DNA of 64,000 bases from Rhina ancylostomus (lineage: Eukaryota), in assembly GCA_030265395.1 (NCBI GenBank), contig JARFYF010000104.1:79910453-79974452 (forward strand). Reading direction: 5' to 3'. Shown piece after piece: positions 1 to 12,775 of this stretch. The first letter of the stretch is position 1. Each line of letters opens with the position of its first letter. The translations under genes were made by a program, and so were the position numbers. The notes beneath the pieces were generated by a model. That model ran no database searches, was not told the origin of the DNA, and saw nothing but the letters and a program-made list of their open reading frames with translations.

Positions 1-270
1 TCTGAAAAAGAATGACTTCTTGGATATCCTGGAATGGAAAGCCTCATCACGAGAATAGATGCAGCAAAGATGAGGCAACTGAGAAAAGGGAATTGTGCCC
101 TTGCAAGTGACAGGGTGGGAAGAGGTGTAGTCGAGGAAACTGTGGGAGTCATTGGGTTTGTAGAATATGCCAGTGGATAATCTGTCTCCTAAGATAGAGA
201 CAAGGTTCAAGTAAGGGCAGAGAGATCTAAGAGATGGACCAAGTAAATTTGAGGGTGGGGTGAAAGTTTT
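1..270 (-). mobile_element. Penelope-like retroelement ORF fragment (RT C-terminus/linker)
   Basis: Minus strand reads ...YKPNDSHSFLDYTSSHPVTCKGTIPFSQLPHLCCIYSRDEAFHSRISK, resembling the PLE 'YxKPTD..LDYxSSHP' region. Confidence 0.75.
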
Positions 271-915
271 AAACTATCACCAGATTTGTATTTCCCATCA
301 CTATCCTGCATTCTAATTCACTGTTAAACATTGAAATTGTCTACAATAAATGTCATCCATTTTGAAAAGTTTTCATTTATCATATTGACATGAAACTGAG
401 AATTAGAATTTAAAATACAGGATTATGGAAAAAACAAAATGTGAAAACTAATAGAAGAAAGCTGAGGATGGTAAAAGCATTCCTTTCAGACAGATATTGA
501 AACAGTTGAGTCGAAAGATGGCCATCTGTTTACTTAACGATTAGTGTTTTTCCAAGTCTTCTTGGATATATTGTAAATACAACACAGCATTTATGTGGTT
601 GAAAATGATTGATGTTCATGTAGAGATGTTCATGTTTGAACAGATTTGGCCCTCAATCAGTGAGACCAAGATTTCTATATTTCACAGTGAGTGCACAGCA
701 GTCAAGACTTAACTGAGTTTCAATGACTGAATCCCAATTGTTGATTATGCTGTTAGGGATTACTCTGGAGTTACGAAACTATGGATAGCAGATATTAATT
801 AAAATGACAAGTCTTCAGGAAATAAAATTTGTTCACAATGCAACTTCAACTGATACTTTAAGGCTATTGAAACCAATCATTGGATGTGGGACATTCTGAT
901 TCTGTACCATTGAAG

Positions 916-1380
916 TTCCTCCAGGTGCTCCGGTTTCCTCCCACNNNNNNNNNNNNNNNNNNNNNNNNNNNNNNNNNNNNNNNNNNNNNNNNNNNNNNNN
1001 NNNNNNNNNNNNNNNNNNNNNNNNNNNNNNNNNNNNNNNNNNNNNNNNNNNNNNNNNNNNNNNNNNNNNNNNNNNNNNNNNNNNNNNNNNNNNNNNNNNN
1101 NNNNNNNNNNNNNNNNNNNNNNNNNNNNNNNNNNNNNNNNNNNNNNNNNNNNNNNNNNNNNNNNNNNNNNNNNNNNNNNNNNNNNNNNNNNNNNNNNNNN
1201 NNNNNNNNNNNNNNNNNNNNNNNNNNNNNNNNNNNTACAGGTTAGGAAGTTGTGGGCATGCTATGTTGGTGACGGAAGCGTGGTGACACTTGCGGGCTGC
1301 CCCCAGAACATTCTAGGCAAAGATGCATTTCACTGTGTGTTTCGATGTACATGTGACGAATAAAGAAATCTTAATCTTAA
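916..1380 (+). mobile_element. V-SINE-type element (gapped) with LINE-like 3' tail
   Basis: V-domain gttcctccaggtgctccggtttcctcccac. The tail ends aataaagaaatcttaatctt and recurs inverted at 38120-38262. Confidence 0.6.
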
Positions 1381-2099
1381 TTGGTGGTCATTAAAACCTT
1401 CAGGATGAGCTCAAGGAAGGTGTTATGTGGCCATCTCCTGTATTAACACATCGTTAAAGGCGTATCCCTGCCACTTCATGCACAGTTCAGGATAGGTCTG
1501 TTTTGTCGCTTAATATTCTGATGAGTTGTATTTCAGGAAGCCTTCCCTCAACACTAAGAAAAAAAGGTAATTTTGGGTGTCGGAAATTTGTGCTCAGAAG
1601 CTTTTCGACTAGCCATCAGTACTGAATGTTCAAAGGGGTTCTGCTAGTTGAGATGTGCTACCATTGTAAATATGTAATTCTGCAAGTTACTGGACTACAT
1701 TCAAAATGTTAAAGTAGGTGATTAAAGTCATTGAAACTATAGTTTATGGTTTATTGTTTTCTTTGTGTTTAAAGTATAAAACATTGTGTTGAGAGAGAAC
1801 TAGATTCTTTCCCAAAGATCTGTTGTTCAGTGAAGCTTTTTACATCTCCCAGTTATAGCTTCTGTGAGGCTCAGTTTAGTCAGTCACAACATGTGCCATG
1901 AAATTTTTAAAATATACAAGAACTTTGACCTGCTGCAATTTAACAATGGCAATGGCTATTTTCACTTCATATGAAGCTTCCATGAGAAGACCCAGAATAA
2001 CTACAAGTCTTTTCCAATATTTCCTTTGTCTCTATCTTAAGGATTAGGCTAGTGACAAACAAACATTACAAACCCTCAAATTGCCACAGCCATCATGGC

Positions 2100-2890
2100 T
2101 ATATATCCTCCCTCTGACTCTTTATAAGAACTCCATTCCATTGTCCCACTTCCTCATATCTACTCTGATGAGACTTTCCACAAAAGTAACTCTGAGATAT
2201 CTTCCTTTTTCCTTAACAGTGACTTTCCTTTACAGCCCTATTCTCCCCAACAGTGCAAGGATAGAGTTCTCCTGGCCCTACCCTCCACCCCAATAGCTGT
2301 AACATTCAACAGATCCTGTGCAATTTCCACCACCTTCCACCACTTGCCACCTTCTCCCTATGTTCTTTTCCTTTCAAAATTCCAAACAGACTACTCCTTT
2401 CGACTCCATGGTCTGTTCTACCATCTCTACCAATCAGCCCCACTCCAACAGCACTTTCCTCACCATCCCACCCTCACTTTTGACTTGTCTGTCTGAGGGC
2501 TGCTGCACTGTTCTATTGAGACCCATATCAGAGGAACATCACATCATTGGTTGCCTGGGGACATTGCAGCCTTCTAGACTCAGTGGCAAATTAAACAAAT
2601 TTAGGTGATTCTTTTTCTTTGTTTGTATAGTTCTGTTACTATTAATGAACTCAGCCTGACCTGACGGGCATTTCCCACCGCTCGTCTGCATTTTATAGTT
2701 TTTACATATTCCGCCATCTGTTTTCTTTTTTTTCCTCTGATTTCCATCATTAATCTTTCAGGTGGCTTCATCAACAGCAACCCCATTCAACCAGAGATAT
2801 TCCCTTTGTCCTATCCATCTCCTTTCCATCCTCTCTGCAACTTAAAGCTAACTCGTTTTCTTTCTTTTGAAGTGCATTTCCAGACTAATG
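2100..2890 (+). mobile_element. Decayed Penelope-like element (internally deleted ORF plus 3'UTR)
   Basis: Frame ending EEHHIIGCLGTLQPSRLSGKLNKFR* at 2608 resembles the PLE GIY-YIG C-terminus; a pyrimidine-rich tail follows. Confidence 0.7.
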
Positions 2891-3159
2891 AAAGAAAATT
2901 CTGTCATTGTTATTAATTCCTAATAACATCCAGTGACATCTGCTAGAGATTGCTCCTCAAAATAGATTGTAAACTTTTGAGAAACAAAAGAATGCCAAAA
3001 GATGAAAATTTAAAATTGATTGCTGGACCTTTCAATGCCTAGGCTTCTTTATTTGCCTGCACAGTTAACCCTACAGCTTGGTTTCACACAATCAACTACA
3101 ATTTAAATATTTCTTGCTAAGCTCTCTCTTCACACTCAAACATTCTTAAAATTTTATTT

Positions 3160-3502
3160 TAATTTTATTTACAGCGTGGTAACAGGCCCTTTCGGCCCAA
3201 CAAGTCCGCGCCACCTATTTTAAACCCCCATGTTAACNNNNNNNNNNNNNNNNNNNNNNNNNNNNNNNNNNNNNNNNNNNNNNNNNNNNNNNNNNNNNNN
3301 NNNNNNNNNNNNNNNNNNNNNNNNNNNNNNNNNNNNNGGCCCTTTCGGCCCAACAAGTCCGCGCCACCCAATTTAAACCCATACTAACCTACCTATATGT
3401 CTTTGGAATGTGGGAGGAAACCGGAGCACCCGGAGGAAACCCACGCAGACATGGAGGATGTACAAACTCCTTACAGACAGCGATGGGAATTGAACCCCGA
3501 TC
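3160..3502 (-). mobile_element. V-SINE (HE1-like), young copy
   Basis: tgtgggaggaaaccggagcacccggaggaaacccacgcag is the reverse complement of the V-domain. B-box remnant ggaattgaacccc; CR1-like tail acaggcccttt cggccca. Confidence 0.8.
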
Positions 3503-4613
3503 AAAAATGTTTAACGGCCTTTTAAGATTTTCCACAAGCTTTCAAAAATGTATACAATTTTACAGGGCTATTCCCCATTTACCTACCTCTACCTGATTAT
3601 ATTTCACTTACAGATAATACTTCTTTGCTCTATGAATTAGTCCAAAACCATACTTCAAATTAGGCTTCCAGTCTTAACTGGGAAGAATGGACAAACAGTA
3701 CACTTCCATTGAAACATGACTATTGTTGCATGAATAAAATACCAGTATTTTATCAATGTTTTAGGTTATAAATCACAGGAAGAATGACAATAGAAATTAC
3801 TTTGTCAAAAATGTTTTGCTGCTTGTCCTGCTAGGTGGTTTAAAACCCCCTCAACAGCCATTCTGTCTTCACAATGTTGGATAAGGGCCAATTCTTATTT
3901 GACCCTAGATAGTAAGAGTTGGTCAGGCAGAACTTCATTTAACAATATGCTGCTCATGCCCTACATAAATGTAATTTCCAGAAGGGAATCAGGGATGAGG
4001 AATTGATTCTTTTTCTTTCCCTTTTCATTCCAATGCCAAATATTAGGAATAATACTTTTTCACTATTTATAACAGATACTTCATTTCAAAATTGTATAGG
4101 TGTACTTCAGTTAGTTTCAAAAAATGGTTAAATGACTTTAGTTATGAACTAGTTATGTCATCAAACCAAAAGCAGTAGGATGAAAAGAAGCACATTGCTC
4201 TTGATCCAACACCAGAATTTACAAAACATCACAGTAATAGGTACACATTAAGCCTACAATGAAAGAATTTTGTAGGTGATTCTTTGCTATCCAGCTACAC
4301 AAAAGAAAAGTATATTCAAGTTTTTTTATATATATATAAAAACATACCATCAGTTGCATTGAATTTAGGATTCGTCAACTAACTGGAGGATTGCCTTGCT
4401 GTTTAATTAGTACTCTGGAATTAAATTATTCATGGTGGCAATGACCAAGCTTCAATATTAACAGAAAACAACATGGTAATTAATTTTTAATTATTAAATA
4501 TGGAGAATTTGTTACATTATAGTATTTATAAAGATAGTGCAAGATGCAGAAACAACAGCATTTTCTTTTTTCCTAATAAAACATTAATTTCTACAGAAAG
4601 ACATTTCAGGCAC

Positions 4614-4703
4614 CTGGGAGATTGAAGCTCAGATGTTTCTGTTGCCTGGTCTTGTAGGAAATACTGCAGTTGGTTTTGTAAACTGACCCGCTCCACTGTT
4701 TGC
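4614..4703 (-). CDS. SNCAIP: Synphilin-1 exon 9 (90 nt, coiled coil); gene continues beyond the left window edge
   Basis: QTVERVSLQNQLQYFLQDQATETSELQSP. Acceptor tctttgcacag|, donor CAG|gtgcct (weak), phase 2 to 2. Confidence 0.9.
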
Positions 4704-5686
4704 CTGTGCAAAGAGACATAAATACACAAATTAAATAAAAGTTTGATGGCAGATTACGTTGAGTGATTCCTGCATTATAATAAATGCAAACACACATTAG
4801 AATCCAGCAAAAGCTACAAACTGCTCATATCTAATAATATAAATCTTAAAGATTTTCACGTTTGGTGAAAGTTCATAAATGTGCAGAATGTTCTGTTTTT
4901 CACTGCAATGAAACAACCATCATTCATTTACTGTGCATTTTAAACAGGTACAATATTCATTGATATAATATTACAATAATCTTCTACAGTGATGTATTAC
5001 AGCCCTTTCAGGGCATACCAGCTTTACAATAAAACAGGAGTGTTAGTAGTAATATTTAAGGCTTCTAGATGATGATTTCTGCCCTTTTAAATACTGATGC
5101 ATCAAAATTCAGTTATACAGCACTAAGGGTTCTGCTAGGATATTATATGTCAGCTGAATGAAAATTTAAAAATACAGATTGTTAGGACTACAAAGTAATT
5201 AATTTTATTTTTTTTGTTAGGAAGGCACTTACCACTGTTTCACCAAGAAACAATTGTATTTACAATTATTGACACATAATATTACTGCATCAGTTTGCAA
5301 TTAAACTGATGTCCAAAATATAAGTAATATTTCAGAAAGACAACTTTAAAATGATTTTATTGATTCTTGCTACAGAAAATTGAAAGAAAAATAGGAACAA
5401 ATAAATTACAAAATTTATAATCTGTCACATCAGAATTGAAATAAATTAAGCTAAAATGACTACATATCCCCCAAAACAAGATAAAACTTTGGTATCAAAG
5501 AAATTCTAAACTGAGAATAAAAGGAAAATATTGGTGTACTGGAAATATGATATAAGAACAGAAAATAATATATACACAGGAAGCCAGGCAGACTTTTTGC
5601 ATTTTCTATCTTAATCCAGAATTTTAATCTTAATAAATATGATTTAAACTATTTCTGTACCCGTCTTCTGTGGTACTATGACTTAC

Positions 5687-5856
5687 TCTTTTAGTTGTTT
5701 TGTTAACTTCACTACTTGTGATGCTAGAGACATGCAGGTTTCTACAACTACCAGGTAACGTGAGCAAGTAGTGTGCCCATGCCGTTCTGCAGTCTGGGAA
5801 GGCTTCTCTCCATCTTGATTCTGTATAGTCACATTTGCTCCATATTCAACCAAAGT
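5687..5856 (-). CDS. SNCAIP: Synphilin-1 exon 8 (170 nt, ankyrin repeat and start of coiled coil)
   Basis: TLVEYGANVTIQNQDGEKPSQTAERHGHTTCSRYLVVVETCMSLASQVVKLTKQLKE. Splice sites cttcttaag| and GA|gtaagt. Confidence 0.97.
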
Positions 5857-6727
5857 CTTAAGAAGCAAAATCAAGTAGGAATTAAAACCGGGATAAACAA
5901 AATGAATATGAACACCAAATATTCCGAAGGCACAAAAAGTAAGGAATCAAAAATTTAACTAATTTAATAACTTCAAAGCATCAAAACACTTTTTCTTTGA
6001 AAAAGCATCAAAACACTTTCTCTGAAAAAGCAACTACTTGAAATAGATTTCAAATTTCTGATTCTGTCTTTTGCATTTGAAATTTATATTGTGAAAGATA
6101 CATCTATTTGTTGATTTTTGTACTCGAGGAGGAACACTGACACTGAGAAATTGAACACATACAGTTTGAAAGTTAGTGTTGATCTCAAGATTGAGATGGT
6201 TATGGATGGATGTGTCCTTGTTGCCCATCTGCCATTGTCCTCATTAGAGTCTAAAAGCAGGACTGGGTGCACAAGAAAAAAAATGGAATACAATAGAACT
6301 TTTGGAGAGATATAGACTGGAGATTAGATTTTGGTAGGGACCAAGCCAAAGCTGGTCATGAATCAGGAAACTTTAAAATCAAGGTAGCAGTTGACTGTAA
6401 ATCAATTCGCATCAATGTATTAAGACTGTTAGGTGAACAAGATGACGCAAGTTGGGATATAGATAATAATACATCTATCTTGTGAAATGGTCAACTCAAA
6501 GCCTACATGGGCATGATTGTAAAATTTTACTTCAGAGATCATAAGCCACAAGGCATTGTCGTAGGCACTTACAGTACGCTGTAAGAGAATATTTGTGTGA
6601 TTAATCCAGTACAATTTAATCCAAAAGTGAAAGAAATATACATTATGGAAACTATGACATTATGGAAAAACATATGCATCCTACTCAAACTCTGGCAGAA
6701 TTGTATTAATAATTCAGTGAAACATAC

Positions 6728-6853
6728 CTGAAGGCAACTCAGATGACCATGCTGAGTTGCAACATGAGCTGCAGTGTTTCCATACTGATCAACCTCATCC
6801 AAAGATATTCCTTGTTCTTGCATATATTGTAGAAGCCACAGAAGGACCCTTTC
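6728..6853 (-). CDS. SNCAIP: Synphilin-1 exon 7 (126 nt, ankyrin repeat)
   Basis: ERVLLWLLQYMQEQGISLDEVDQYGNTAAHVATQHGHLSCLQ. Splice sites ttttcatag| and CAG|gtatgt. Confidence 0.96.
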
Positions 6854-7499
6854 CTATGAAAAATATTTTAGGAATTTTGGAATACAAGTTAAAAATGCCA
6901 ATAAGCAAAATGCCACGATAAGCCCTTAAGAATTACACTTGAGAATCTTGTACTGTACTGCTGCCACACAACAACATGTCAGTGATAATAAACCTGATTC
7001 TGATTATTTCAGCAAGTAGAACATGAATTATATATACTCAATGGTTAAACTTAAATTCTGACAGTACTTTAAGCTGAAGTTAACTTGTGCTGACTAGCAG
7101 AAGATTTTGGGAAGCTAAAAATTGAAGACTAATAATTCTGGACAAGTTTGCTTTATATTAAAAGACTACAATGTATCCCATTAGTATAATACTAATAAAA
7201 TCAAATTAAATGCAATTAACTCTAACTTTAGTCCATGAATGTTTAGAAATATACTTTTTAAGTTTGTTAAAGACTGAAAAAGTACAAATCTTTTTAAAAC
7301 AGCTAAGTTCACTTACATAAATGGCAGAAATGGGGTAAACCTTTAGGTAAGTCGAAGTTTGCAATATATGGTGCTCAAGAAGGTGGCATTGTAGAGCACT
7401 GATGAAAATGAAAACATCTAAAAGTTTCCTTAAGAAAAGGTCAATCGATGTGCACATTTAAATTCTCCTCCTACGCACAACATAGACATTGCCAAGGGC

Positions 7500-8396
7500 T
7501 GTGCTCTCACAATGCAAGACCAAACATTTGACAGTAGTCTGCATTCTTGACACTCACTCTGCCAACTAGTGTAGAATTCCTCCAGATGGGTCCAGGAAGC
7601 ACTTGTGATTTCAGCACATCACTGAGTTTCTCTGTTACATAGTTTTCACTGCATGGAAGTGCATTGCTCAAGAATATATGCTCTGCACTACAGAGTAATC
7701 AACCATGGCATCAGCAGGGGGGTCTGTCACTCTGCAGTCATTCTTTGAATAATTTGTCAGTGGCTCAAATGTAGCCATAGTGGTGAAATGCTGCAGAAGG
7801 AATGCAGGCAGGATCTTGATCAATGGCCTGGATGATTTGCTGCCTATGGATCGTACACTTGATGGATAAAATGAATGGATTATCTTCCAGTTCCTCCTTA
7901 GAATATTGTTTGTATGGATAATATGCAAAATGATGGACATACAGTCATTGGTACTTTGGCAACTTTATTAATGACCTTCCTTCTTTATAAAGTCAAAAGG
8001 AGGGATGTTCACTGATTATTGCATAATGTTAAATTCCATTTGCAACTAGACAGAAGCAGTCCACGCCTGCATGTGGCAAGACCCAGACTATATTAAGACA
8101 GGAATGTTTGTGCTACACAAGAGTCAGTCAACAACTGTCTTCAATAAGTCTGACCACATATTTTTGACGTTCAAAAGAAGTTTCCATTGCCAAGTCTCCC
8201 CCCACCACCACCCCAACATCAATACCCTGGGGCTTGTCACTGACCAAAACCTCAACCCAGCCACAACAGTAAATAGCAGGTCAAATATCTTGTAGCACGC
8301 GACTCCTCCTTATACTCCCAAAGCTTTTTCACCATCTACAAGGTAAAAATCAGGAGGATGATGGCATGCACTTTACTGCCCAAATGAGTGCTGCTC
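7500..8396 (+). mobile_element. Decayed LINE (CR1/L2 clade) RT fragment
   Basis: gggatgttcactgattattgc is a degenerate F(A)DDC motif; the fragment is homologous to 25020-26110. Confidence 0.55.
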
Positions 8397-9355
8397 NNNN
8401 NNNNNNNNNNNNNNNNNNNNNNNNNNNNNNNNNNNNNNNNNNNNNNNNNNNNNNNNNNNNNNNNNNNNNNNNNNNNNNNNNNNNNNNNNNNNNNNNNNNN
8501 NNNNNNNNNNNNNNNNNNNNNNNNNNNNNNNNNNNNNNNNNNNNNNNNNNNNNNNNNNNNNNNNNNNNNNNNNNNNNNNNNNNNNNNNNNNNNNNNNNNN
8601 NNNNNNNNNNNNNNNNNNNNNNNNNNNNNNNNNNNNNNNNNNNNNNNNNNNNNNNNNNNNNNNNNNNNNNNNNNNNNNNNNNNNNNNNNNNNNNNNNNNN
8701 NNNNNNNNNNNNNNNNNNNNNNNNNNNNNNNNNNNNNNNNNNNNNNNNNNNNNNNNNNNNNNNNNNNNNNNNNNNNNNNNNNNNNNNNNNNNNNNNNNNN
8801 NNNNNNNNNNNNNNNNNNNNNNNNNNNNNNNNNNNNNNNNNNNNNNNNNNNNNNNNNNNNNNNNNNNNNNNNNNNNNNNNNNNNNNNNNNNNNNNNNNNN
8901 NNNNNNNNNNNNNNNNNNNNNNNNNNNNNNNNNNNNNNNNNNNNNNNNNNNNNNNNNNNNNNNNNNNNNNNNNNNNNNNNNNNNNNNNNNNNNNNNNNNN
9001 NNNNNNNNNNNNNNNNNNNNNNNNNNNNNNNNNNNNNNNNNNNNNNNNNNNNNNNNNNNNNNNNNNNNNNNNNNNNNNNNNNNNNNNNNNNNNNNNNNNN
9101 NNNNNNNNNNNNNNNNNNNNNNNNNNNNNNNNNNNNNNNNNNNNNNNNNNNNNNNNNNNNNNNNNNNNNNNNNNNNNNNNNNNNNNNNNNNNNNNNNNNN
9201 NNNNNNNNNNNNNNNNNNNNNNNNNNNNNNNNNNNNNNNNNNNNNNNNNNNNNNNNNNNNNNNNNNNNNNNNNNNNNNNNNNNNNNNNNNNNNNNNNNNN
9301 NNNNNNNNNNNNNNNNNNNNNNNNNNNNNNNNNNNNNNNNNNNNNNNNNNNNNNN

Positions 9356-9443
9356 TAAGAGCAGGATAACCATCTGAAGGACTCAGTTCAGCAATGGCTT
9401 CAGTCTCACTCATCAGCCATCGAAGACATTCAAGCTTTCCTTC
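9356..9443 (-). CDS. SNCAIP: Synphilin-1 exon 6, 3' part lost in N gap (expected end about 9330 if 114 nt)
   Basis: EGKLECLRWLMSETEAIAELSPSDGYPAL, versus human NGQLECVRWMVSETEAIAELSCSKDFPSL. Acceptor catctttag|. Confidence 0.93.
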
Positions 9444-10059
9444 CTAAAGATGCACAAGCAAAAAGATTGGATTTCAAAATATCTTCAGATGTTCTGTAAA
9501 TATACAATTTCTTTGGAACTCAAGACATGGCAGCTCCAAAATATCTGTAGAATTTCAAAAGCCCTTTAACATAATTATTTTAGACTTATGATGGTGCTTT
9601 GGAGAAACTCAAATACATTAATGCATTAGTGAATCATAACAAAGAATAAAAGGACATCTTCTGATTGTCTTCTCTCACACTAACGGAAATGACCAACTTC
9701 GGAGGCAATTTGCTTTTTATCCCCCAGACAAACAATTATTTAATTTTCTTAGAATCTCAACTCTTGAAACATGTTCCATTCAAGATACCCAATGGCAAAA
9801 ATTAAAAAGCAACTATAACTATGACAAATTTAGGGGCAACAGCATGACAGCAAATATGTTCATAGCAGGTTTGGGGCATCTACCAGGTAGCATCTCTTTT
9901 CACTAAAGGTGATCAACAGCTAACGGATTTCCTACAAGAGTGGACTGGTCTAAGACTCTGAACTCTCTTAGCAAGTGTATACTCTGAGGATTACATCAAA
10001 TGTACTCCGTCCTTCAATATTTATTTATATTTTATTTCATATTTTTGAACAATATAGGA

Positions 10060-10347
10060 GCCAGCTATTAGCCAATTGAGTACATGTTGGCTCACAGAGC
10101 ACTCCAATTTCCCCTTACTTAATTTTTCCTGTAAGCTATTCCGCTCACATGCCACCAACTCCCCCAAGATTCTACCACTCATCTACACACTAAGGACAAA
10201 TTACTGTGGATAATTAACCAGCATGTCTAGAACATGGAGGAAGCTGGAGCACCTGGAGGAAACCTACAGATTCACAGGAAAAATGTGCAAATTCCATTGC
10301 ATCAAAGGTCAGGATTGTAGCCTGGCTGTTGGAGTAGTGCAGCAGCA
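10060..10347 (-). mobile_element. V-SINE (HE1-like), near full length
   Basis: Minus strand starts gtggcacagttagtaatctgctgctg (tRNA head) and carries V-domain ggtttcctccaggtgctccagcttcctcc. Confidence 0.8.
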
Positions 10348-10954
10348 GATTACTAACTGTGCCACTATGTTACTTGTAACCATTATGAAAAATAGCTGGT
10401 GAAAGTATAGCTTAGAGAGGTTATTCCACATTTTTGTCTTGCCTTGAGTGGGGTCAGTCAAGTGAAAAGGTTTAAGAGACAAAATTCTAGGGCACATCCA
10501 CCGGTGGAAAAAGGTTAGAATCTGTACTTCTGAGTTTCTGGACCATTCTTTTACAGATGTTAAATGTCATTCCCGAGTGTAGATAAGAGTAAGTGGGCAC
10601 CTCTTGTGCCTACCTCACTTGTACTGTTCTGGCACTACAGAGCATTTTCGAGGGCAATACTGGTCTTCATCTGGAATTCCACCAAAAGCATTATTATTGG
10701 TTGTGCAAGGCCTAGGTTCTTGTGACAGCAGTTTTAGGACCTGTTCTGGGCCTTGAGAAAGCCCAAAATGTTGATGGATAATCAATCCAAAAGTTTAGAA
10801 TTCACCATGGGTCCATTACAGTGAATGCCTGCAAAGGTAACTATGAATAAAATCATTTACTTCATATACAATAGGTGAGAGCTATAGGTGGAAAATCTAT
10901 CCTAGAATTCTTTAATCAAATAAAACTGCTGCTTGCAGTTTTCACTTGAAGGTC

Positions 10955-11615
10955 ACACCCAACCAACCTCTGAGAGCAATCCTATCACCCTTCTTTCTTA
11001 CCTGTCCATCAACTCCCCTTTGTAATTCTTTTGCCATTTACCTTAAGTGAGGGATAAATTACGATAGCCAATTAACTTACCAGCACATCTTTGGGAAGGA
11101 TGAAAGTACACTGGAGTGTGTGCAGAGGAGATTCACCAGGCTGTTGCCTGGAATGGTGTTTCAATTATGGGGAGAGACTGGATAGGCTGGATTTGTTTTC
11201 CTTGGACCGGATGAGGCTGAGGAGGAACCTAGTAGAGGTATACAACATTATGAGCAGCAGAGATAGGATAGACAGTAGGAAGCTACAGGGCACTGGTTTA
11301 GGGGAAGGGGTAGGAGGTTTAAAGGGGATCTGACGAAGAACTGTTTTTCCACTCAGTGGGTGGTTGGAATCTGCAAGTGCTAAATTTATACATATTCTCT
11401 GTGACAATGAGTTTCCTCAGGATGTCTTAGTGTCCTCCCGCATCTGGGAGACATGCTGGTAAGGTTAATTGCCGAATGTGAATTGTCCCTTAATGTGCTA
11501 AATGGCAAAAAAGAATCTAAGGGAGTTGATAGCCACCCATGTGGGAGAGAGTTGCAGAGTTACAGGGGAATAAGCTAGCATGGACTTGACGGACCAAGTG
11601 GCCTCTGTGTTGTTA
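10955..11615. mobile_element. Composite: V-SINE piece (-), CR1 3' RT fragment (+, about 11100-11375), V-SINE piece (+)
   Basis: YGERLDRLDLFSLDRMRLRRNLVEVYNIM is the CR1 ORF2 C-terminus; flanked by oppositely oriented V-SINE segments. Confidence 0.7.
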
Positions 11616-12094
11616 TAAGCATACAATAATATAATGAAATCCACTGATAACAGTAATTTTGATCAAAATCAAAATAGAATTTAAAAAACATTTCTCATAA
11701 ACAGGAATTCACACACAGCTCATTTCAGCAAGGAAAAATTATTTCCAAACAGGTTGTTATCATACAGAGTCATTTACAATACTTTGTATCAAAGAAAAGA
11801 TACGTAAAAAAAAAATCTTATTCTGGTATTGAGATGGGACATACCCAAAATAATGAAGAAGCCTGGAATATCAGCTGAAAGGTGATTTGGCTGCTGCTTG
11901 GCTCCTCTCTCCCATTTTTTTTCCACATCCCAAGTTGTTACAGTGACAGAGGAGGAAAATTGAAAGAAATATCAATTCAGTTCCTTTTCCCCAAAATTGA
12001 AGTTCGGCCACTACCAGGCAAACCATTCAGCTTTATTCTAATAGCAGTTTGGTATAGCTAATTATCTTGCTAGATGATTCCATTGGCGAATTAA

Positions 12095-12345
12095 GAGTAA
12101 ACCACAAAATGCTGGGTTTGAACTCATGTACAGATCATTAGACCATGTAGCAATGGTGAATTTTCTTCCCTTAAGATTATTAATGAAACAGATGAGCTTT
12201 TCTAAAAAATTAATACTGTAATTTCATTATTGCCATAACAGATACTAGATTTCTTTTTATTCACAATGTATTTAATTAAATTTAAATGTTACATCTGCCA
12301 TAGTAGGATCTGAACTCGCATCTCTAGGCTAGATCTTCGGCCTAC
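12095..12345 (-). mobile_element. Old tRNA-derived elasmobranch SINE
   Basis: B-box-like ggatctgaactc and body resembling a common shark/ray interspersed repeat (from recall). Confidence 0.45.
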
Positions 12346-12595
12346 AAATCCAACTGAAAATGAGGAAAGATCTTTCTGATAGAGCATTGTCTGCTTCATC
12401 AAATTTAAAAGTCTATTATTTACTCATAGAACTCATCAGCTTGGTCTTGACCAGTGAGTGCAAAGCCATGTACTGCAGATGCTAGAAGTCTGAAATGGAT
12501 TTGCCTGATGAAAAGTCAGAGGTCAGAAACACTGACCTTCTCAGGAAGTTGCCTAAGTATTTCCAGCATTTTCAGATTTATTCCACACGACCTAC

Positions 12596-12775
12596 CTTCA
12601 CAGCTAATGAAGATGGTGTTAACTTCTCATTATTACGTTCTGTCAAGCATTCTTCTGCCATTAAAGTAGTCAGGTGCTGTAAACTTTCAAGATGTCCTTG
12701 CGAGGCAGCAATGTGTAGTAGATTATTTCCATCTTCATCATGAATCTTCTCCAGATTGTCAACGGTTAAGTGCGG
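12596..12775 (-). CDS. SNCAIP: Synphilin-1 exon 5 (180 nt, ankyrin repeat region)
   Basis: PHLTVDNLEKIHDEDGNNLLHIAASQGHLESLQHLTTLMAEECLTERNNEKLTPSSLAVK. Splice sites attag| and AAG|gtaggt. Confidence 0.96.

Noticed and set aside
4347-4450. Possible extra exon after exon 9 (good donor ATG|gtatgt near 4346)
   Set aside because: Every nearby AG acceptor I tried gives an in-frame stop in the required phase 2, and there is no recognisable homology.
8336-9413. Long ORFs in the track spanning N runs (also 21113-22133, 23651-24472, 27120-27832)
   Set aside because: They are made of X residues from gaps; only 9356-9443 is real coding sequence.
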